64,000 nucleotides of DNA from Actinomycetes bacterium (GTDB lineage Bacteria; Actinomycetota; Acidimicrobiia; Acidimicrobiales; Bog-793). The stretch lies in NCBI GenBank assembly GCA_021798985.1, contig JAJZBI010000020.1, forward strand, positions 4,785 to 68,784, given 5' to 3'. The notes under the pieces were generated by a model. The model searched no databases. It worked only from the letters and a program-made list of their open reading frames with translations, and was not told the origin of the DNA. The translations under genes and the position numbers were made by a program. Below are positions 17,456-26,181 of the stretch, piece after piece. The number at the start of each line of letters is the position of its first letter. Position 1 is the first letter of the stretch.

Positions 17456-18384
17456 CGCGCCCCCGCGAGGCGCCGGGCCCGGTCCTTGGCGATGAGGCGG
17501 TCGGTGAAGCGGGCGAGCGGGATCGTGACGAGGAGGAACAGGATCGCCGCCACGGTCAGCCCGGCATAGCTGAAGGCGGTGTCGCCGTAGATCTCCGCGG
17601 CGCGCAGCGTCTCGATCGTCCCGAGCACCGAGACGAGCGCGGTGTCCTTCTGCAGGCTGATGAAGTCGTTGAGCAGCGGCGGGATGACCGTGCGGACGGC
17701 CTGGGGGAGGACGACGTGGCGCAGCGCCTGCCAGTGGCCGAGCCCCAGCGAGCGCGCTGCGGCGACCTGGTGGTTCGGGACCGAGTTGATGCCGGCCCGG
17801 TAGACCTCTGAGACGTAGGCCGAGTAGGAGAGCACGAGTGCTGCCACGCCGTAGACGACCGAGGACTGGGTCGAGAGGAAGTGGATCTGCAGCGCCGGGA
17901 TGCCGAAGCCGATCGCGTAGATGACGAGCAGCGTCGGCACGCCGCGCATCAAGTCGGCGTAGATGGTCGCCAGGACGCGCAGCGGGAAGAACACCGGGCT
18001 GTGCTGTAGGCGCACGATCGCCACGATCAGCGCCAGCACCAAGACGAGCGCCTCGGAGACGAGGAACATCTCGATGTTCAAGACGAAGCCGTCGCCGACC
18101 GAGGCGAGGCCCTTGGCCGGGTCGCCGAGGAAGGCCTGGCGCATGTCGGAGAAGTTGAAGAAGTAGTGCCGCACCTCGGCGCTGCCGGGCGCGAGCAGGA
18201 AGGCGAGGACGATGAGGCCGAGGAAGACGACCGTGCTCGTCGCCGAGACCGCGCCCGCCCGCCCGCCGCGCAGCATCCGGCTGCGTCGAGCCGAGCCGAG
18301 CGGCCCGAGCGGGCGCGCCTCCAAGACGCTCGGCGGGCTGGGCGCGCTGGCCGCGTCGGGTTCTTGCGGCACGGGACCGCTCAA
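17452..18384 (-). CDS. amino-acid ABC transporter permease (His/Glu/Gln/Arg/opine type)
   Basis: Multi-TM body with EAA-loop AARSLGLGHWQALRHVVLPQAVRTVIPPLLNDFISLQKDTALVSV. Overlaps the ATPase remnant start by 4 nt. Confidence 0.88.
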   Translation of the reverse strand: MSGPVPQEPDAASAPSPPSVLEARPLGPLGSARRSRMLRGGRAGAVSATSTVVFLGLIVLAFLLAPGSAEVRHYFFNFSDMRQAFLGDPAKGLASVGDGFVLNIEMFLVSEALVLVLALIVAIVRLQHSPVFFPLRVLATIYADLMRGVPTLLVIYAIGFGIPALQIHFLSTQSSVVYGVAALVLSYSAYVSEVYRAGINSVPNHQVAAARSLGLGHWQALRHVVLPQAVRTVIPPLLNDFISLQKDTALVSVLGTIETLRAAEIYGDTAFSYAGLTVAAILFLLVTIPLARFTDRLIAKDRARRLAGAR

Positions 18385-18399
18385 GGGGGCGCGGGCTGC

Positions 18400-19316
18400 C
18401 TAGGGCTTGATCGTCGGGATCGCGTTGTAGATGCCGAGCCAGCGGTGCTCGAGCGCGGCGATCGTGCCGTTGGCGCGCAGCTTGGCGATGGCGTCGTCGA
18501 CGCAGGAAACGAGCGGGTCGCCCTTGGCGAACAGCAGCCCGAAGTGTTCGTTGGAGCGGCTGAACTGGCCGACAACCACCGAGTTGGGGATCTCGGACGA
18601 CGCGATGTACTGCGCCGTCGGGGTGTCGGCGACGAACGCGTCGATGCGGTGGGTCTGCAGCGCCGACTTGGCGTCGTTCAGCGTGTTGAAGACCTCGGCC
18701 GTGCTCTTGGGTTTGATTGCGGTGTTGATGAAGCCGAGGCTCGTCGAGCCGATCTGGTCGCCGTAGATGTAGTTGCGCAGCTGTGCCGGGCTGTGGTGGT
18801 GGACGATCGGCGAGTTCTTGAGGGCGATGATCGCCTGGGTGACGTCGTAGTAGCTGGTCGAGAACGAGACAGCCGTGGCGCGCTGGGGCGTGTAGGAGAT
18901 CTCGTTGATGTCGAAGTCGAACTTCTTCGGCCCCGGCGCGAAGGAGGCGTCGAAGGGCTCGACAACCCAGCGGACCTTGGGGGCGGGGATCTTGAGCTGG
19001 CGGGCGACCGCGTAGGCGACGGCGCTCTCATACCCCTTGCCGTTGGAGGGCTTGTTGCCGATGAACCACGGCGTGTAGGCCGGGCTGTCGGTGGCGACGG
19101 TGAGCACGCCCTTTTGGTAGAGGTCGTGCTGGATGCGCGCCGGGCTGCAGCTGGCGACGGCCCGCCCGTGGCGCTCGGGTGCGGCGGCGCGCCGCGCCGC
19201 GCCGCGACGCTGCGCTGGCTGGCGCCGGCCGCCGGCATCCCGGCGATCCCTCCGCCGAGCGCCGTGCCGAGCGCGGCCAGCCCCGCCAGCGAGATCAGCA
19301 CCTTGCGCACGAGCAT
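18400..19316 (-). CDS. amino-acid ABC transporter substrate-binding protein (family 3), probable N-terminal frameshift
   Basis: Mature domain (GVLTVATDSPAYTPWF, FDFDINEISYTPQRATAVSFSTSYY, DAFVADTPTAQY) lies in the frame of ORF 18400..19335. The only signal peptide (MLVRKVLISLAGLAALGTALGGGIAGMPAAGA, ATG 19316) is in another frame (ORF 18678..19592). Confidence 0.7.
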
Positions 19317-19410
19317 CCTCCGTCCAACGGGCCACGGCGTGGCGAGCGAGCGCCGCGCCATACCTCCGGCGGCGGCGAAGCCACCAGGGTCGCCATCGCG
19401 GCGGCGCCTG

Positions 19411-20232
19411 TCAAGCCGGCAGGGCGCGATCGGGCCAGGCTGGGGCGGGGAGCGGTGCGACGCTGGCGCGGATCCCCCGCTCGTCCACGTCGATGCGCAC
19501 GAGGCCGCATCCGGCAACGGGCTGGAACTCCACGCTGGCGAGGGGGTCGGCGAGATAGGCGGTAGCCGGCGCGACGAGGACGGGGATTGCACCGAGCGCG
19601 CCCTGGCAGTGGTGGTGGGCGTGCCCGCAGGTGATCAGTCGGACGTCGCTGCCGGCGATCGCCTCGGCGATCGCCTCGGGCGCGCGCAGTCCGAGGCGCG
19701 CCATCGGCTCGATCGGCGAGTCGATGGGCGGGTGGTGCAGCATGAGGATGGTCCCCTCGCCGGCGGGCCGGGCGAGCTCGTCGGTGAGGAAATCAAGCGT
19801 GGCAGGGGCGAGGGCGCCGGCATCCTCGCCCGGGATCGTCGAGTCGAGCGCGATGACGCGCAGCGCGCCGTGCCAGGCGACGCTGTTCAGCGGCTCGTCC
19901 CCGCTGCCGGTGGGCAGTGCCGCGCGCTCGAGCTGGGCGAAGAGGTGCTGGCGCATCGCCGCGCGCCTGTCGTGGTTGCCCGGGACGGCGACGACGAGAG
20001 CGCCACCGAGCGCCGACGAGCTCGCCAGCGCCTCGGCCAGCTCGTGATAGCAGCTCGCCTCGCCGCGGTCGGTGAGGTCCCCGCTCAGCAAGACCACGTC
20101 CGGCCGGAGGCCGTGGCGCTCGATCGCCGCGAGCGCCACGGCGAGGCCCGCGGCGGGTTCGGCGCCGGCGCGCAGTCGAGGGGCGGTCGTCAGGTGCGTG
20201 TCGGACAGCTGGACGAGCAGGTGGCTGCCCAT
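19411..20232 (-). CDS. class III metallophosphoesterase / cyclic-nucleotide phosphodiesterase (CpdA/GpdQ-like)
   Basis: LSDTHL, LSGDLTDRGE, VPGNHD, MLHHPP and CGHAHHH metal-binding blocks in canonical order. Confidence 0.85.
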   Translation of the reverse strand: MGSHLLVQLSDTHLTTAPRLRAGAEPAAGLAVALAAIERHGLRPDVVLLSGDLTDRGEASCYHELAEALASSSALGGALVVAVPGNHDRRAAMRQHLFAQLERAALPTGSGDEPLNSVAWHGALRVIALDSTIPGEDAGALAPATLDFLTDELARPAGEGTILMLHHPPIDSPIEPMARLGLRAPEAIAEAIAGSDVRLITCGHAHHHCQGALGAIPVLVAPATAYLADPLASVEFQPVAGCGLVRIDVDERGIRASVAPLPAPAWPDRALPA

Positions 20233-20245
20233 CGACCGGTCGCGG

Positions 20246-21214
20246 TTAGTGCCCGGCGATGCGATGCGGCTCGTAGGGCTCCTCGAGCTGCTCGAGCTCC
20301 TCGTTCGAAAGATCCAGGCTCAAAGCTCCGAGCAGATCGCCCAGCTGCTCGGGGCGGGTGACGCCGATGATCGGCGAGTCCACGCCGGCCTGGCCGAGCA
20401 GCCACGAGAGGGCGACCTGGGCCCGAGAGGCCGAGCGCTTGGTGGCAATCTCGGCGACCCGCAGGACGATCGTGCGGTCCTCGTCGTGGTACAGGCGCTT
20501 GCCGAACTCGTCGGTGCCGCTCCGCTCGGTCTGCTCGTCCCAGTCGCGCGTCAGCCGGCCGCGGGCGAGCGGGCTCCACGGGATCACGCCGATGCCCTCG
20601 TCCGCGCACAGCGGCAGCATCTCGCGCTCCTCCTCCCGGTAGAGGAGGTTGTAGTGGTTCTGCATGCTCACAAAGCGCGTCCAGCCGTTCGCGTCAGCGA
20701 CGTGCAGCATCTTGGCGAACTGCCACGCGTACATCGACGACGCGCCGATGTAGCGGGCCTTGCCGGCCCGCACGACGTCGTGCAGGGCCTCCATCGTCTC
20801 TTCGACCGGCACCGTCGGGTCGAAGCGGTGGATCTGGTAGAGGTCGACGTAGTCGACGCCGAGCCGGCTCAGGCTTTGGTCGATCTCTGACAGGATCGCC
20901 TTGCGCGACAGCCCGGCGCCGTTCGGCCCGTCGTGCATCCTTCCGTGCACCTTGGTGGCGAGCACAATCTCGTCGCGGCGCGCGAAGTCGGCGAGCGCGC
21001 GGCCGACGATCTCCTCGCTGGACCCGTCGGAATAGACATTGGCCGTGTCGAAGAAGTTGATCCCCGCGTCGAGCGCCTGGCGGATGATCGCCCGCGACGG
21101 CTCCTCGGGGAGGCTCCAACTGTGGTTCCCCCGGTCCTTTTCGCCAAAGCTCATGCAGCCAAGGCAGAGGCGGGAGACCTCGAGACCTGTCGAGCCGAGC
21201 TTCACGTACTCCAT
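20246..21214 (-). CDS. aldo/keto reductase
   Basis: MEYVKLGSTGLEVSRLCLGCMSFG, INFFDTANVYSDGSSEEIVGRAL, VDLYQIHRFD, IGASSMYAWQ. ATG at 21214. The longer ORF to 21466 is upstream read-through. Confidence 0.92.
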   Translation of the reverse strand: MEYVKLGSTGLEVSRLCLGCMSFGEKDRGNHSWSLPEEPSRAIIRQALDAGINFFDTANVYSDGSSEEIVGRALADFARRDEIVLATKVHGRMHDGPNGAGLSRKAILSEIDQSLSRLGVDYVDLYQIHRFDPTVPVEETMEALHDVVRAGKARYIGASSMYAWQFAKMLHVADANGWTRFVSMQNHYNLLYREEEREMLPLCADEGIGVIPWSPLARGRLTRDWDEQTERSGTDEFGKRLYHDEDRTIVLRVAEIATKRSASRAQVALSWLLGQAGVDSPIIGVTRPEQLGDLLGALSLDLSNEELEQLEEPYEPHRIAGH

Positions 21215-21329
21215 CGGGCAACCGTCCTCGGGTCGAGCCGAGCCCCGAGCCCTGCGCAAGGGGCGTGGCGTGGCCGTCACCCACCCTACCGGCGCGGCGG
21301 TGACCGCTCCGGCAGGGTGGGTGACGGGC

Positions 21330-22661
21330 TCAGCGGCTGTTGGCGCCGCCTCGCGTGGCGGAGCGAGGGCCCTGACGACTGGCGGCGGCAGCCGCCTTGT
21401 GGCGCGGGGGGCGCGCCGGGCGGTTGCGGCGTCGCCCGTCGCCCTCGGCGACGGGTCGGGCCCCACCGGGACGACCGCTCGGGCGGGGGCGGGAGCCGGC
21501 GGGCCGCTCGGCCGGGAGCGGGGCGAGGTCGCCGACGTGCTCGACCTCGACGGCGAGTGCGCGCTGCAAGCTGGCGGCGGCGCGGCGCATCTCGGGGGTG
21601 ACGAGCGCGATGACGGTGCCGCTGGCGCCGGCGCGGGCGGTCCGGCCCGAGCGGTGCACGTAGGTCTTGGGGTCCTCGGGGAGGTCGAAGTGGATCACGC
21701 AGGCCACGTCGTCGACGTGGATCCCTCGCGCCGCGACGTCGGTGGCGACGAGCGCCTGGACCTTGCCGTCGCGAAAGGCCGAGAGCGCCCGCTCGCGCTG
21801 GGCCTGGCTGCGATCCCCGTGGATCGCCGCGGCGCGCACGCCGACGCGGTCGAGCTGCTTGGCCACGCGCTCGGCGCCGTGCTTGGTCCGCACGAACACC
21901 ACGCTCGCGCCGGCGTCGCCGATCAGCTCGGCGCACAGCGCTGCCCGCCCCGCCGCGTCGACGGCGTGGAAGCGGTGGGTGGCCCGACCGAGGTCGTCCT
22001 CGTCCACCTCGACCTCGTGACGGGCCGGGTCGTGCTGGTAGTTGCGGACCAAGACGTCGACCTCGCCGTCCAAGGTGGCCGAGAACAACAGGGTCTGGCG
22101 CCGGTTGACGGTCTTGTCGAGGATCCGGCGAACGGCGGGCAGGAAGCCCATGTCGGCCATCCGGTCCGCCTCGTCGATGACCACGACCTCGACCTGGTCG
22201 AGGCGCAGCTCGCCGCGCTCGAGCAGGTCCTCGAGGCGCCCGGGGCAGGCGACCGCGACGTCGATGCCCTTGCGCAGGGCCTGCTGCTGGCCGCCGAAGC
22301 CCACCCCGCCGTAGAAGGGGTGCGCCCGCATCTTGCGGGCGGCGAGCAGCGGCGAGAGCTCCTCGGCGATCTGGGCGGCGAGCTCGCGCGTCGGCGCGAG
22401 CACGAGGCCGCGGGGCCGACGCGGCTCGCTGCGCCGCATGGCGGCCGCCAGCGGGATCGAGAAGGCAAGCGTCTTGCCCGATCCGGTGGGAGCCTTGCCG
22501 CACACGTCGCGGCCCGCCAGCGCGTCGGCGATCGTTGCGGCCTGGATGGGCAGCGGCGAGGAGATGTCGCGCCGGGCGAGCGCGCCGACGAGCTCTGGCA
22601 GCACGCCGAGCTCGGCGAAGGTGGGGACGGGCGCGTGGCAGCCCGCGAGTAAAGACGACAA
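21330..22661 (-). CDS. DEAD-box ATP-dependent RNA helicase
   Basis: Q-motif TFAELGV..PIQ, motif I GKAPTGSGKT, VVIDEADRM, LLFSATL, VATDVAARGIHV, HRSGRTARAG, and an Arg/Gly/Pro-rich tail. Proposed TTG start 22661 after ACGGAGA. No ATG lies upstream of the Q-motif. Confidence 0.9.
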   Translation of the reverse strand: MSSLLAGCHAPVPTFAELGVLPELVGALARRDISSPLPIQAATIADALAGRDVCGKAPTGSGKTLAFSIPLAAAMRRSEPRRPRGLVLAPTRELAAQIAEELSPLLAARKMRAHPFYGGVGFGGQQQALRKGIDVAVACPGRLEDLLERGELRLDQVEVVVIDEADRMADMGFLPAVRRILDKTVNRRQTLLFSATLDGEVDVLVRNYQHDPARHEVEVDEDDLGRATHRFHAVDAAGRAALCAELIGDAGASVVFVRTKHGAERVAKQLDRVGVRAAAIHGDRSQAQRERALSAFRDGKVQALVATDVAARGIHVDDVACVIHFDLPEDPKTYVHRSGRTARAGASGTVIALVTPEMRRAAASLQRALAVEVEHVGDLAPLPAERPAGSRPRPSGRPGGARPVAEGDGRRRNRPARPPRHKAAAAASRQGPRSATRGGANSR

Positions 22662-22795
22662 CCGACAATCTCCGTTCTCTAGGTGGCGCACTCGCAACCC
22701 GAGGGACGGATCCGCTGGTTCGGAGTGTGCTCGCGCCGAGATCAGCTTCCCGGCGCGTCGGTGAGCACAGCATAGGGCGAATCGCGCCCCGTCGC

Positions 22796-23287
22796 TCAGC
22801 GTGACCCGAGCGCCTCGTTCAGCGCGTCCGCCTCGCCGTCGAGGCGCGCCAGGATCCCAGGGACAAGGCGCGCCTCGGCGCCGCGTCCGATCACGGGGAC
22901 GGCCACCACGATCTCGCCGTTGAGGCGGCGCTGCGTGCCACCGCCGGGCTCGCCGGCGAGCGTGAAGCTGGCCGTCCCGTGCAGACGCCGGCGGTCGCGC
23001 TCGGCCCACATGACGAGACCGCCGCCGCTCGCGTCGTCGGCGACGCTGAGCTCTTGGATCCAGGCGAGCTCGTGCCCGCCGAGCAGGCGGCGGGCGATCG
23101 GGTCGAGGCTCCCGGTGAAGACGTAGCGGAGCCGGAGCACGCTGGCAGCAGCCTCGTGACGCGCCGCGACCAGCGTGGGGGGAGCCACGTCGGCGAGCGC
23201 GAGGCCGGTGTGGAACTCGGGGTCGGCGAGCAGGCGGGCGACCGCGTCCGCATCGCCGCGAAAGCGGTGTTCGCACACAAAGCGCAC
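22796..23287 (-). CDS. DUF2505/SRPBCC-like protein
   Basis: 163-aa ORF with strong GC3 bias. The composition and length resemble the DUF2505 family (MRFVCEHRFRGDADAVARLLADPEF...). Assignment from memory only. Confidence 0.55.
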   Translation of the reverse strand: MRFVCEHRFRGDADAVARLLADPEFHTGLALADVAPPTLVAARHEAAASVLRLRYVFTGSLDPIARRLLGGHELAWIQELSVADDASGGGLVMWAERDRRRLHGTASFTLAGEPGGGTQRRLNGEIVVAVPVIGRGAEARLVPGILARLDGEADALNEALGSR

Positions 23288-23373
23288 GCCGCATGCTCGC
23301 GCGTCCGCCGACCGGCCCGGGCGCTGGCAGACTGGGGCCGATGCGCGCCCCGTTGGACGAGACCGCCTGAGCC

Positions 23374-24678
23374 GTGTTCGACGTCTTGGACTGGCGCGAG
23401 CTGCTGGTCGCCGAGGCGCGCCAGCTGCAAGAGAGTGGCTACGAGCCGGCGCTCGGCGCGGACGAGCTCGACCGGCTGGTGGGCGGCGCGCTGCCCGAGT
23501 CCCCCGAGCTCGGGGCCGCGTACGCGCGCCTTGCCACGAGCCGTCGCCGCGCCGGCACGACGGAGGTCGCGCCCGAGTCGCTCGAGGACATCACGGCGCT
23601 GTCGTCGCCGCCCCCGGCAGAGCCCGTGCCGGCCGGGCGAGCCGAGGACGGGGTGCTCGCCGCCTGGCTCGGGCGGTGCGTGGGCTGCAACCTCGGCAAG
23701 CCCGTCGAGGGCTTCGGCTGGAGCCGGCAAAAGCTCCGGCGCTACCTCGAGGCGGCCGGTGCCTACCCGATCACGGACTACCTGCCCGTGCTCGATCCGA
23801 TGCCGGACGGCCTCGTCTTCAACCCCGCCTGGCGGGAGACGACGCGCGGGCACGTGCGGGCGATGGCCCGCGACGACGACCTCGACTACACCGTGATCGG
23901 CCTCGAGCTCCTCGAGCGGTACGGGCCGGGTTTTCGCACCGCGGACGTCGGCGAGCTGTGGCTGGAGCTGCTGCCGTTCTCCAAGACCTACACGGCCGAG
24001 CGCGCGGCCTACCGCAACCTCGTGCGCGGCCTCGTGCCACCGCAGACCGCCACCTTTGCCAATCCCTATCGGGAGTGGATCGGGGCGATGATCCGCGCCG
24101 ACATCTTCGGCTACGTCTGTCCCGGCGACCCGGCCGCGGCGGCCCGCCTTGCCTACCGCGACGCCACGCTGTCGCACACCGCCAACGGCGTGTACGCCGC
24201 GATGTGGGCGGCCGCCCTCGTCGCCACGGCGTTCTCTGCCACCTCGCCGCGCCAGGCGATCGAGCGGTCGCTGTCGGTGGTCCCGCCCGGCTCTCGCCTC
24301 GCCCGGGCGGTGCGCGACCAGCTCGACGCGCACGCCGAGGGGGTCGGCTTCGACGAGGCGATGGCCCGGGCCGACCAGCGCCTCGGCCACTACCACTGGA
24401 TCCACGCCATCAACAACGCCGCAGTGGTCGCCGCCGCGCTGCTGTGGGGCGAGGGCGACTTCACGCGTACCGTCGGCTATGCCGTCGAGGGCGGCCTCGA
24501 CACCGACTGCACCGGGGCGACGGCCGGCTCGGTGTGCGGCGTGCTGGTCGGCACCGCCGGGCTGCCCGCGCACCTCGTCGACCCACTCGAGGACACGCTG
24601 CACAGCGCCGTCTTTGGCTACGAACCCTCGCGCATCTCCGAGCTGGCGAGGCGCACCGTGGCGCTGCGGGCGGGCTGA
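23374..24678 (+). CDS. ADP-ribosylglycohydrolase family protein
   Basis: ARDDDLDYTVIGLELLE and VEGGLDTDCTGATAGSVCGVLVG are the two Asp-rich metal-binding blocks of the family. Confidence 0.82.
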   Translation: MFDVLDWRELLVAEARQLQESGYEPALGADELDRLVGGALPESPELGAAYARLATSRRRAGTTEVAPESLEDITALSSPPPAEPVPAGRAEDGVLAAWLGRCVGCNLGKPVEGFGWSRQKLRRYLEAAGAYPITDYLPVLDPMPDGLVFNPAWRETTRGHVRAMARDDDLDYTVIGLELLERYGPGFRTADVGELWLELLPFSKTYTAERAAYRNLVRGLVPPQTATFANPYREWIGAMIRADIFGYVCPGDPAAAARLAYRDATLSHTANGVYAAMWAAALVATAFSATSPRQAIERSLSVVPPGSRLARAVRDQLDAHAEGVGFDEAMARADQRLGHYHWIHAINNAAVVAAALLWGEGDFTRTVGYAVEGGLDTDCTGATAGSVCGVLVGTAGLPAHLVDPLEDTLHSAVFGYEPSRISELARRTVALRAG

Positions 24679-25658
24679 GGGGGGCGCTCGGGCGAAGCGT
24701 CTGGTTGCGCGGCGCCGATCAGGTACTCGGAGATGTCCCGCACGCTCAGCGTGTCCCCGGCTGCCTTGCGGAGGTTGATGAGGCACAGCGGGCACATCGT
24801 CACGCACGCCGTGCCCACTTCGCGCAGCTGGGCGACCCGCGCCGCGGCGACCTGTGCCGCCTTGTCGGCGTCGAGCGACTCGACCGGCCCGCCGCAGCAC
24901 CAGGTCCGGGCGCGGGAATGCACCGGCTCGAGGACGCGCAGCCCGGCGGCGGCCAGCAGCTCCCGGGGCGCTTCGAGCACGCCCTCGGCACGGGCAAAAA
25001 CGCACGAGTCGTGGATCACGACCTCGTTCTCGACGGCTCGAGGCGACCCGGTGGCCGCCGCGGCGAGCACCTCGAGGTACGTGCGAACCGACACGTCGTA
25101 GCCCGGCACGAGGCGGGGGTAGATGCTGCGCAGCATCGTCGTCGTGTGGGGGTCGATCGTGATGACCTCGCGCACGCCGTAGCGCTCGAAGATGCGAGCG
25201 ACGCGGCGGGCGTGGGCCGCCACGACCTCGTCAGCGCCGAGGTCGTAGGCGAGCGCCCCGGCGTACAGGTCGTCCTCGTACAGCGAGCCGAACTCGACGC
25301 CGGCGCGCTGGAGCAGCCGGGCGACGTTGGCCGGCACGGCGTCGTAGTCGCGGCGCTCCGCCGCGCTCGGCCGCGCCACGAGGCCGATCGCGTTGACAAC
25401 GCGGTTGACGCGTCGCGCCAGGCCACTCAGGCGGGCAAGCGGCGTGTCGGCGATCCTCTGTTCGAGGCGCACCACCCGTTCGATGTAGGGGATCAGCTGG
25501 TACATCGCCCCCGTGTAGAGGACGCGCGGGCCGCCGCGGGGCAGCGCGAGACCGCGCGCCCAGCCGGTGGCGGCGCGCGCCGGGATCGGCAGCACCGATC
25601 CGCGCCGCTCGAGGTTGTCCGCGAGGATGCCGACGACGTCGACGGTGGAAAGCCTCAT
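24618..25658 (-). CDS. HdrB-like CCG-domain (Fe-S) protein with a single Cys-complete CCG motif
   Basis: C-terminal half carries HDSC...TWCCGGP...TMCPLC (CCG pattern). The first ~200 aa contain no cysteine. ATGA overlap with the hdrC-like gene. Confidence 0.8.
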   Translation of the reverse strand: MRLSTVDVVGILADNLERRGSVLPIPARAATGWARGLALPRGGPRVLYTGAMYQLIPYIERVVRLEQRIADTPLARLSGLARRVNRVVNAIGLVARPSAAERRDYDAVPANVARLLQRAGVEFGSLYEDDLYAGALAYDLGADEVVAAHARRVARIFERYGVREVITIDPHTTTMLRSIYPRLVPGYDVSVRTYLEVLAAAATGSPRAVENEVVIHDSCVFARAEGVLEAPRELLAAAGLRVLEPVHSRARTWCCGGPVESLDADKAAQVAAARVAQLREVGTACVTMCPLCLINLRKAAGDTLSVRDISEYLIGAAQPDASPERPPQPARSATVRLASSEMREGS

Positions 25659-25957
25659 CGCGCCTCTTTCCTGAGCAGGTAGCGCCGCAGGAGCCGGATG
25701 TCCTCGCTGATGTGCACTCCGGCGGGACAGGCGCTCTCGCACGCCCGGCACAACAGGCACGAGAAGATCGCCTCCGCCTCCGCGAGGAGGTGGTCCTCGA
25801 GGCCGAGCGCGGCGTCCCGCAGCACGCGCCGCGGCAGGACGTCGATGCCGAGCGGGCAGGTTGCCGTGCAGGTGCCACAGCTCATGCAGACCTCGGGATC
25901 AAAGGGCCCGAGGGTGCGCAGCGCGTCGGCGACCTGTGGCGACACGGTGGCCGTCAT
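25655..25957 (-). CDS. HdrC-like 2x[4Fe-4S] ferredoxin-type subunit
   Basis: CMSCGTCTATCP and CLLCRACESACP (two CxxCxxCxxxCP motifs) in 100 aa. ATGA overlaps on both sides. Confidence 0.82.
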   Translation of the reverse strand: MTATVSPQVADALRTLGPFDPEVCMSCGTCTATCPLGIDVLPRRVLRDAALGLEDHLLAEAEAIFSCLLCRACESACPAGVHISEDIRLLRRYLLRKEAR

Positions 25958-26181
25958 CGCTTTGCCACCGCGTAGGAGAAGTAGCCCTCTGGGGTTGGCT
26001 CGCCGACCGTCACGTCGCCGTACTTGCGCATGCCCATCACCCAGATCACGACCTCGTCGGCCGGGTGCCCCGAGGCCGCAGCGAGCTCAGGCACGGTGAG
26101 CGGTCCCGCCTCGAGGAGCTGGAGCAGCCGGCGACGAACCAGCGGCTCGTCGCGCACGACCTCGCGTACCTCCCGGGTCAT
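25954..26181 (-). CDS. small (75 aa) winged-helix-like protein embedded in the hdr-like operon
   Basis: RRRLLQLLEAGPLTVPELAAASGHPADEVVIWVMGMRKYG looks like an ArsR/MarR-style wHTH. ATGA overlaps at 26181/26178 and 25957/25954. Confidence 0.6.
   Translation of the reverse strand: MTREVREVVRDEPLVRRRLLQLLEAGPLTVPELAAASGHPADEVVIWVMGMRKYGDVTVGEPTPEGYFSYAVAKR

Noticed and set aside
19150-19165. Lipobox-like AVASC at the start of the binding-protein mature domain.
   Set aside because: In that frame the preceding residues (RRAAAPERHGR) are not hydrophobic. The hydrophobic signal peptide is in another frame and ends about 25 codons earlier at an AGA-SQ site, so a lipoprotein call is not supported.
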